Shown here one piece after another: positions 30,513 to 38,152 of a DNA stretch of 64,000 bases. Made by a program: the position numbers and the translations under genes. The stretch comes from an uncultured Dehalococcoidia bacterium (GTDB taxonomy: Bacteria > Chloroflexota > Dehalococcoidia > Lucifugimonadales > UBA826): assembly GCA_964500645.1 (NCBI GenBank), contig CAZCOH010000002.1, forward strand, positions 51,735-115,734. The letters run 5' to 3'. Below the pieces are notes generated by a model. It had not been told where the DNA came from. It did no database searches and was given only the letters and a program-made list of their open reading frames with translations. The number at the start of each line of letters is the position of its first letter. Position 1 is the stretch's first letter.

Positions 30513-32156
30513 TTATTTGCGATATTGGTCTATTCCGACGGTAGCAGCCGTGGGACCAGATGGGAATACCAGTGTTTTGGCCCTATCTGCTCCTACTACA
30601 ACTAGATCGATATTGTCTGCACTATGAAGCAGGGGTACTTCAATTGCCAATCTTTCCTTTTCTGTCTTGTCTTTGAGATAGTGCCATTGTTCATCAACTC
30701 TCGCATCATTAAGGGGCATATACTGAATCATTTTTCCGAGACTGTGGTTGGCATGCTTGTGTATAAACTCTTTGGCATCTTGCTTTGTGAAGCCCTCGTT
30801 GCCTACCGGCCCTGCTACGTCCGGAGGCATGAATATAAGTCTCTCATGACCCTGTGCATGACTACCCCCCAAGGTGGTATTTCCGAAGGTTATGCCGTAT
30901 GCCAATGTTTTTAGTAACCCTTCTGCTGATGTATTACCTTGGTCCTGAACATCAAGCTCTCCATCTGTAACAAAAATAGAAATAGCACTTTCTTTTCCGT
31001 CAAACCCACGATCCTGAGAATAGCTCGGCCAGGGGCTCATATCTTCATTTTCAGCCACGCATTGAATAAATTTCCTTGTCGTGCCTATGGTGTCCATATC
31101 CATTTTGTTCGGATACCACATGCCTATATTTCGGAGACACAAATAAAAGGCTCTACCTATAGTTATGTTTATCTCGTTTTCTTTTCCAGGTCCAAGAGCT
31201 GACCGGGGATTCAAGCCAACCTCTTTGGCGATTGGACCGTTAACAACAAGAATAGGGGCGTGCGGGCTAGTAGACATAAGTAAAGATTTGCCGCCGTGGG
31301 CGCCCATTTCTGATAAGCATTTCACGCCGGCGATTATAATTGGCATGTGTTCCGGCTTCGCCCCGGCGAGAGCGGAGTTTATTGCTATTTTCTCAACGGT
31401 GGCGACACCAAAACCCGGGGGCATATCGCACACAATATCGTCCGATTTCAGACCTGTTCCAGAAATTAAGTCAGCCACTGCTTCATCTGTTGCGGGATAT
31501 AAAGGAAGGGCATCCGACCACTCTCTTTTATTGAATTCCGCATTCATCTTCAAAACAGCGTCGTATCTATCCTCTCCTTCAAATCGTATTTTAGATTCTT
31601 CCTCTTCCTCTGTTACGGATGAGATTCCCTCCGATGTCAGGCAAGCTATAAGATCGTCTATGGCTTCTTCAGTTTGTGAGACACACAGATCATCTGCTAG
31701 ATTGCGGTAAATACGAGGAACAATAACAAATTGGAGGTCTGGCATCCCGAAGGTTTTGCTACTTGCGATTGCATCGTCTTTAAAACGCCCAGATACAATT
31801 GGAACCGCAGGTTTTCCCATTTTCTCAATTTCTATCATGTCGTGGCACATCCACGACGCGCAGGTCCCTCAATCAGCTGTGGCTCCGATTACAACGTCGC
31901 ATTCTTCTCCCGCTTGTTTCACTATGGGTGGAGGAGTAGGGTAATTTCCCCCAGTGTAAAAATTGATTTTAACGTTGGAAAATCTTTCCTGAATTATTTC
32001 TCCGGCCCTGTTGAGAGCTAAGTCCCCACCATGGGTTCCACTCCATACTAAACCTATTGTTAAGTCATTTAAGGTACTTGGACGAGGATTAGTTTTTAGT
32101 ACATTCATCATGCCTCGTTGCTGAGCAACTGGGTTTGAAACTTCAAGAAGGTGCAT
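30513..32156 (-). CDS. candidate selenoprotein (in-frame UGA at 31869..31871 read as Sec); GrdB/PrdB-like or UGSC-like Sec loop plus ~450-aa domain of unknown function
   Basis: Track ORFs 31869..32156 and 30513..31850 share strand and frame. They are separated only by TGA plus 6 sense codons, giving ...CDVVIGATAD-U-GTCASWMCHDMIEIEKMGKPAVPIV... A strong SD (GGAGGA) precedes ATG 32156 and none precedes ATG 31850. A SECIS-like hairpin lies 11 nt after the UGA. Confidence 0.65.
31839..31857 (-). promoter_or_regulatory. candidate bacterial SECIS hairpin
   Basis: Minus-strand RNA reads UGA-GGGACCUGCGC-GUCGUGG-AUGUG-CCACGAC. This is a perfect 7-bp stem with a 5-nt loop containing G and U, and the stem starts 11 nt after the UGA. 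Confidence 0.55.
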
Positions 32157-32345
32157 ATTGATCCTCCAGACAGATATCTAATTATTTATAGAAAAGTCAC
32201 ATATTTAATTAATTCATCGTGATTATACAAGAGGTCATAAATTCAAGTTTTGTCTATGCTCACACTATTGAACGTTACAATCAGAGAGAGTTGGAACGGT
32301 ATAATTCTGGGCAATGGTGATGACTTCACGATAAAGGCCGAAGAA

Positions 32346-32942
32346 ATGAAACTGCTTGTAGCAACAAGAAATGAAGGAAAAATTTTGGAATTGGCTGAAA
32401 TGCTAAAGGATCTTCCCTATGATTTGGTATCTCTCGCCGATTTAAATATTGATCATGAAGTTGACGAAACTGGCTCTTCATTCGAACAAAATGCGATTCT
32501 CAAAGCAGAAGAATACGGCTTTTTAGCGTCTATGATGACGATAGCGGATGACTCGGGAATAGAAGTAGATGCTTTGGGAGGGGAACCTGGTGTCTTTTCT
32601 GCAAGGTATGGTGGAGATGGTTTAGATGACCAAGATCGGAATAAGTTGCTTTTAAAAAATGTATCAAATGTAGAGGAAGAACTATTAACAGCTAGATTTA
32701 GGTGCGTTGTAGCAATCTATCAGCCATGTCAGGAGACAATAACATTTGATGGTAAAGTGGAGGGATACATTACTAGGGAACAAAGGGGAAGTAATGGGTT
32801 TGGGTATGATCCCCTGTTTTTTTACCCACCAAAAGGAAAGACCCTAGCGGAAATACCTTCCCGTGAAAAACATGAGGTTTCCCATAGGGGCTCTGCAGTA
32901 AAAAAAGCTAGAGAATACCTAATTTCGCAAGCGTCTATATAA
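32346..32942 (+). CDS. rdgB: non-canonical purine NTP pyrophosphatase (RdgB/HAM1 family)
   Basis: MKLLVATRNEGKILE..., DDSGIEVDALGGEPGVFSARY and GFGYDPLF motifs. I prefer ATG 32346 to the track's TTG at 32250. Confidence 0.85.
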   Translation: MKLLVATRNEGKILELAEMLKDLPYDLVSLADLNIDHEVDETGSSFEQNAILKAEEYGFLASMMTIADDSGIEVDALGGEPGVFSARYGGDGLDDQDRNKLLLKNVSNVEEELLTARFRCVVAIYQPCQETITFDGKVEGYITREQRGSNGFGYDPLFFYPPKGKTLAEIPSREKHEVSHRGSAVKKAREYLISQASI

Positions 32943-32955
32943 GAAGAATAGATAA

Positions 32956-33972
32956 ATGAAAAGCGGACAAGTAATCGATCAATATAAAAGACCCTTAAGG
33001 GATTTACGAGTTTCTGTTACTGACAGATGTAATTTCAGATGTCCTTATTGTATGCCGGCAGAAATATATGGTGAAAGGTATCAATTTCTCCCAAGAAACG
33101 ACCTACTGACATTTGAGGAGATAACCAATGTCGTGGAGGCCTGTGTGGAACTTGGTGTAAGAAAAATCCGCCTGACTGGTGGAGAACCCTTGGTTAGACA
33201 GGATGTTCATGAACTCATCGCCATGCTGGCTAATATAGATGGAATCGATGATATAGCAATGACAACAAACGCATATCTTTTGGCTGGCTCGGCTCAGACC
33301 TTGAAAGATGCTGGATTAAATCGAATCACTGTTAGTATGGATTCTCTAGATGATGAAGTTTTCCAAAAAATGAATGGTAGGGGTTTTAGTACAGCAAAAG
33401 TTATAGATGGAATTAGTGCTGCTAAAGATGCGGGATTAGTTCCGATCAAAATAAACGCCGTAGTCCAAAAGGGCGTTAATGATAAATCAGTGATTGATTT
33501 GGCTCGCTGGTGTCGCGAAAGTGGTTACACTCCTAGGTTTATCGAGTATATGGATGTAGGTAACTTAAATAATTGGAAACTTGAAGAGGTGGTGCCAGCC
33601 CAAGCTATAGTTGAACTTATAGGTAATGTGTTTCCGGTTCAACCAATCCAATCTTCCTATGTGGGTGAGGTAGCAAAACGTTTTAAATACAAAGATGGCA
33701 AAGGTGAATTTGGTGTAATTTCATCAGTAACTCAGCCATTTTGTGGAGATTGTACGAGAATGCGTCTTTCTCCAGAGGGACAGGCCGTAACTTGCCTGTT
33801 TGCTGAAAAAGGTACTGATCTCAGGACGCCTTTAAGAAATGGGGCTGGCAAATCTGAATTAATGGAACTTATACAAAATATTTGGAGAGTTCGGGAAGAT
33901 AAATATTCAGAAAAGAGAACGGAAATGACGGATACAAGGCAAAAAGTAGAGATGTACCACATTGGTGGATAG
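32956..33972 (+). CDS. moaA: GTP 3',8-cyclase MoaA (radical SAM)
   Basis: [10 protein letters not shown] radical-SAM cluster motif, a C-terminal [10 protein letters not shown] cluster motif and a GG tail. Confidence 0.9.
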   Translation: MKSGQVIDQYKRPLRDLRVSVTDRCNFRCPYCMPAEIYGERYQFLPRNDLLTFEEITNVVEACVELGVRKIRLTGGEPLVRQDVHELIAMLANIDGIDDIAMTTNAYLLAGSAQTLKDAGLNRITVSMDSLDDEVFQKMNGRGFSTAKVIDGISAAKDAGLVPIKINAVVQKGVNDKSVIDLARWCRESGYTPRFIEYMDVGNLNNWKLEEVVPAQAIVELIGNVFPVQPIQSSYVGEVAKRFKYKDGKGEFGVISSVTQPFCGDCTRMRLSPEGQAVTCLFAEKGTDLRTPLRNGAGKSELMELIQNIWRVREDKYSEKRTEMTDTRQKVEMYHIGG

Positions 33973-33977
33973 TTAAA

Positions 33978-34892
33978 GTGATTACTATATACACAGATGG
34001 GGCTTGTTTAGGTAATCCTGGACCAGGTGGTTGGGGGGCCGTGATCTTAGGTGATGGACCTCGACGAGTTCTTCATGGGAACGATCCCGATACAACAAAC
34101 AATAGAATGGAGATAAAGGCGGTAGTAAAAGCCCTGCAAAGCATTCCATTGAAGTCAGAAGTGACTGTTTATTCAGATTCATCTTATGTAATTAATACAA
34201 TGACAAAGAACTGGAAGCGTAAAAAAAACAATGATATGTGGGACCTTTTAGATAAAGAGGTTTTGATAAGAAATGTAAGTTGGGAATGGGTTAAAGGTCA
34301 TGCGGGAGACCCATTGAATGAGGAGGCCGATAGGTTGGCCCATGGAGAGGCGACGGGAACCATAGATTCTAAAGAAAAAAGAGATGAGGTAAACATGAGT
34401 GCCATAAAGGAAAATCTCGAAGAAAAACTTACTCATGTTGATGATTCCGGTAAAGCAAGTATGGTAGATGTGGGAGCGAAACCGGATACGGAGAGGGTTG
34501 CGGAGGCGGTGGGAACGGTAAAAATGCTACCAAGCACCTTGCAATTGGTTAAAGAGAATTCTCTTGAGAAAGGTGATGTGCTGGCTATTGCCAAAATTGC
34601 AGGAATTATGGGTGCAAAGCAGACATCAAATCTCATACCTCTTTGTCACCCACTACCTATAACGCACGTAGATCTAAGTTTTGAAATAAATTCAAAAGAT
34701 TCGGCCGTAGAAATTAAAAGTATGGCTAAAACGCAGAGTAAAACCGGGGTGGAGATGGAGGCCTTAACTGCGGTTTCTATAGCCGCTTTAACCATCTATG
34801 ATATGTGTAAGGCTGTAGATAAGGGCATGGAGATGAGTACGAAACTTCTTAGTAAGAAGGGAGGTAGATCAGGTGATGTCTATCTTGGCTAG
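33978..34892 (+). CDS. single ORF encoding RNase HI domain fused to MoaC (cyclic pyranopterin monophosphate synthase)
   Basis: Residues 1-125 are [20 protein letters not shown]...TNNRMEIKA...YSDSSYV...[20 protein letters not shown] (RNase HI; the D, E, D, D catalytic residues all appear present). Residues ~150-304 are [18 protein letters not shown]...[28 protein letters not shown]...[27 protein letters not shown] (MoaC). There is an internal SD plus ATG at 34395. The fusion depends on the length of the A6 run at 34375..34380. Confidence 0.7.
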   Translation: MITIYTDGACLGNPGPGGWGAVILGDGPRRVLHGNDPDTTNNRMEIKAVVKALQSIPLKSEVTVYSDSSYVINTMTKNWKRKKNNDMWDLLDKEVLIRNVSWEWVKGHAGDPLNEEADRLAHGEATGTIDSKEKRDEVNMSAIKENLEEKLTHVDDSGKASMVDVGAKPDTERVAEAVGTVKMLPSTLQLVKENSLEKGDVLAIAKIAGIMGAKQTSNLIPLCHPLPITHVDLSFEINSKDSAVEIKSMAKTQSKTGVEMEALTAVSIAALTIYDMCKAVDKGMEMSTKLLSKKGGRSGDVYLG

Positions 34893-35905
34893 ATACGATT
34901 TTTCTTTCTATATACCGCGATGCCACTAATTGCTTCTAACATTATTCTATGTGCTGCCTCCGCAGTAATACCCGCAGGTCCATCATAATGTGGTGCAACT
35001 TCAACGATATCAACTGCGACGATCTCAACTGACTTGGATATTGTTCTTATGGCACGTAATAGTTGTGATGAGCTTAACCCGCCTGGTTCCGGGGTGCCGG
35101 TGCCGGGGGCAAATGCAGGATCTAGAACGTCTATATCGACCGATAAATAGATTTTGTCCGGTCCATCAAGTGCTTCATTTATTGCCTTATCCAGTACAGT
35201 GTCAAATCCATCTGTCTCGATTTCAGACATCGGGTGCCATCTCATTTGTTGCTCTCTCATCCAGTCGAATAAGGTGTGAGGAGGCCAATATCCCCTAAGG
35301 CCGACCTGTATAAAATTCTTACCGGGTATGGCTCCGGATTCAATCAATCTCCGCATTGGAGTGCTATGTGACTCTAGAACACCTCCGTAAGAGGAAGGGG
35401 CTGTATCGGCATGAGCGTCAAAATGTACCATGCCTACATTTCCAAAGCCAAAATGATTTGCAACGGCTGTCGCTGAAGGCAAGGTGATCGAGTGATCTCC
35501 CCCAATAACTAGGGGAATAGTATCTGTGTCGAGAATTTCTCGAACCTTCTCTTCTATGGCTCTGTGGCTTAATTCAATAGAATTTGGAGGACAATTAGCG
35601 TCGCCATAATCCACGACTTTCAGTTCATCTGTTGGGTATATACCTAAGTCCATGTGATAAATATCATCGTTTGGAGCGCCAAAATATCCAGCTTGTCTGA
35701 TAGCACGAGGACCAAATCTCGCTCCTGGTTTATGTACAACCCCTAGGTCAAATGGGGCTCCGATTATGGCAACGTCGGCTTTATATTCACGAAGTTGGTT
35801 TGGAGTTTTAACGAAGGGACCTTGCAGAAAAGTATCAATGCCAACAAAAGCTGGCGTGTCATCATCGGTCTCCGCATAAATATGACTTTCGTCAGAACAT
35901 GTCAA
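34889..35905 (-). CDS. arginase/agmatinase/formiminoglutamase family hydrolase (agmatinase-like)
   Basis: Mn-binding motifs GGDHSIT, HFDAHAD and SVDIDVLDP. Confidence 0.85.
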   Translation of the reverse strand: MTCSDESHIYAETDDDTPAFVGIDTFLQGPFVKTPNQLREYKADVAIIGAPFDLGVVHKPGARFGPRAIRQAGYFGAPNDDIYHMDLGIYPTDELKVVDYGDANCPPNSIELSHRAIEEKVREILDTDTIPLVIGGDHSITLPSATAVANHFGFGNVGMVHFDAHADTAPSSYGGVLESHSTPMRRLIESGAIPGKNFIQVGLRGYWPPHTLFDWMREQQMRWHPMSEIETDGFDTVLDKAINEALDGPDKIYLSVDIDVLDPAFAPGTGTPEPGGLSSSQLLRAIRTISKSVEIVAVDIVEVAPHYDGPAGITAEAAHRIMLEAISGIAVYRKKNRI

Positions 35906-36015
35906 TTGTTAACTCCCTTAAGCCCCGGTTATCTCTAGCTCAATAGAAGAATCGTAGCACTACTACCAGGATTAATGCAGAAGTTCGTTTATAGATAGGC
36001 TATGCGTTAAAGTAT

Positions 36016-37317
36016 TTGCTCATGATGTCATCAATTCTTGTGAGATTACTTGGTCCGGCTATGGGATTTGATTCATTTAGGTCCTATTGGTTTGGAACCT
36101 TGGCTTCTGTGACAGGTTTTCAAATGTTGACGTTTACTCAATTTTGGTTGATACATCGACTAACAGAAGATCCTATTTTTCTAGGTTATGTTGGACTTGC
36201 TAATGCGGGACCTGCAATAGCATTAAATCTTTTTGGTGGGCTCGTGGCTGACAGGATCGAGCGTAAACGTCTCATCGCGATCACACAAGCTATAAATGGA
36301 CTTCTGATATTAGTTTTAGGAACTTTGACGATCATAGGTGTTGTGAGTTCATCACATGTCATAGTTATTGCTTTTCTTGCGGGTGGGGTCAATGCTTTTG
36401 ATCAGCCAGCAAGACAGGCTTTTTATCCGAGTCTAATTGAACGTTCGGCGATGAGTAACGCAGTTGCACTCAACTCAACTATATGGATGAGTAATAGGAT
36501 AATTGCTCCAGCTTTAGCCGGGTTCATAATTGCCTGGGGAGGGGAGGGAGTATCTTTCTTACTTTCATCTGCCGGGTTTTTCGTTATGGTGTTTGTTGTG
36601 ATGACGTTGGAGGTAAGAAAATCTTGTAACAATAGAATTACAGAGAGTAAAGAGCTTTTACCTGAGGATGATGGATTATTTGGCGTTATAAAATTTTTGG
36701 CGGCGAATAATATTTTCTTGATATTGATTTCCATGACGTTCTTCAACAGTTTTTTTGGAATGGCATACATTCCTATGATGCCGGTTTTTGCAAAAGATAT
36801 CTTGCAAGTAGGAGCAGATGGCCAAGGTTTACTAGTTGGAATTAGTGGGACAGGTGCCTTGGCTATGAGCCTCTTATTAGGTCGAATAGGTACGGTTGGA
36901 AGGACGCGGTTTTTGCTGATGGCGGGATCTGTGTTATTCGGGATCACTCTAACAGTTTTCTCCCTGACTTCATTGAAATATGAACATTATTATCTTGCTA
37001 TGATCTTTATGTTGATCATGGGTTTAAGTAATTCGGCCTACTTAATATCGATAATGAGCACAATTCAGCTGCTGGTTCCCGATCATATGAGGGGAAGAGT
37101 GATGGGATTTCATGGGATGACGTTTAGTATTATGCCTTTGGGTGCAATGTATGCAGGTGGACTGGCAGGATTTTTTGAAAACGGCAGTGTTGGTGTAGCC
37201 ACAACTGTTGCCGTAGGAGGAGTACTTGTATCAATGTTCTCAATAGCTTGTGGATTACTAAATTCAAATGTTAGAGGTATAGACGATCTGATAAAAAAAC
37301 ATCAGGAAAGCTCTTAG
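36016..37317 (+). CDS. MFS transporter (12-TMS type)
   Basis: 433-aa polytopic protein with a GGLVADRIERKRL loop motif. TTG start. Confidence 0.75.
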   Translation: MLMMSSILVRLLGPAMGFDSFRSYWFGTLASVTGFQMLTFTQFWLIHRLTEDPIFLGYVGLANAGPAIALNLFGGLVADRIERKRLIAITQAINGLLILVLGTLTIIGVVSSSHVIVIAFLAGGVNAFDQPARQAFYPSLIERSAMSNAVALNSTIWMSNRIIAPALAGFIIAWGGEGVSFLLSSAGFFVMVFVVMTLEVRKSCNNRITESKELLPEDDGLFGVIKFLAANNIFLILISMTFFNSFFGMAYIPMMPVFAKDILQVGADGQGLLVGISGTGALAMSLLLGRIGTVGRTRFLLMAGSVLFGITLTVFSLTSLKYEHYYLAMIFMLIMGLSNSAYLISIMSTIQLLVPDHMRGRVMGFHGMTFSIMPLGAMYAGGLAGFFENGSVGVATTVAVGGVLVSMFSIACGLLNSNVRGIDDLIKKHQESS

Positions 37318-37390
37318 TCTATTGCGGAAGAATTTTTTATTATCGCTTTCTATAAAAAGTCTGAATTGATGTTAAAGAGAGGAGATAGTT

Positions 37391-38152
37391 TTGGATTACA
37401 TTAGTCAGAATTTGGACATAGAAATATTGGCTAAAACTGATGTAGGGAAAAAAAGAACTAGAAATGAGGACAATTTCATTCAGCTTCCAAAATCTATTGG
37501 AGAAATAAAGGCGGTTTTGGGAGTTGCTGATGGGATGGGTGGGCATGCTGCAGGAGATGTTGCGAGTAGAATCGCGGTTGAAACTTTCCAGGAAGTGTTT
37601 TCTAGAACTAGTATCGGACATCGGCAGATCAAGGATTTACTGAATGACACTTTCTTGATGGCTAACAAGGAAATTGTAAAAAAAGGAAAAACTAACTCCG
37701 AAGGGTCAATGGGGACGACGTGTACAGTTGCTGTCTTTACAGGTGTTGAGTGTCATATAGGCCATGTTGGTGATAGCAGGGCATACTTGATGAGAGATGG
37801 AGAATTGAACCAGTTGACCGACGATCACAGTTGGGTTGCGCAATTGGTGAAAGATGGACATATAACGAACGAACAAGCGCGAGTTCATCCAAACCGTAAC
37901 GTTATAACCAAGGCTCTTGGTATTGACGATGATGTGAAGTCCGACTTCATAAAATTAGAAATACATTCTGGGGATCGATTATTAATATGTTCGGATGGTC
38001 TTCATGGCTTGGTGGAAGATTCAACAATTTGCGATTTCTTGAGAGAGGGATCGGCTGAAGAGATGGTTGATAGGCTAATTGAAGAAGCAAATGACAATGG
38101 TGGGCATGACAACATAACTGTAGCCATTGCCATGTTTGAGCAGGCTATCTAG
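37391..38152 (+). CDS. PP2C-family Ser/Thr protein phosphatase (Stp-like)
   Basis: RTRNEDN, GVADGMGGHAAGDVAS, GDSRAYL, CSDGL and DNITV motifs. TTG start. Confidence 0.85.
   Translation: MDYISQNLDIEILAKTDVGKKRTRNEDNFIQLPKSIGEIKAVLGVADGMGGHAAGDVASRIAVETFQEVFSRTSIGHRQIKDLLNDTFLMANKEIVKKGKTNSEGSMGTTCTVAVFTGVECHIGHVGDSRAYLMRDGELNQLTDDHSWVAQLVKDGHITNEQARVHPNRNVITKALGIDDDVKSDFIKLEIHSGDRLLICSDGLHGLVEDSTICDFLREGSAEEMVDRLIEEANDNGGHDNITVAIAMFEQAI

Noticed and set aside
31165-31710. 181-aa plus-strand ORF, and other plus-strand ORFs between 30624 and 32021.
   Set aside because: They are antisense to the long selenoprotein-candidate frame and have low-complexity Ser/Ala/Pro-rich translations.
34371-34387. 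The A-run GAAAAAAG as a programmed -1 frameshift site (dnaX-like A AAA AAG).
   Set aside because: In the zero frame the heptamer reads A AAA AGA, which is not a canonical X XXY YYZ slippery site. A simple indel or sequencing error is more parsimonious. It is kept only as a caveat under the RNase HI-MoaC finding.
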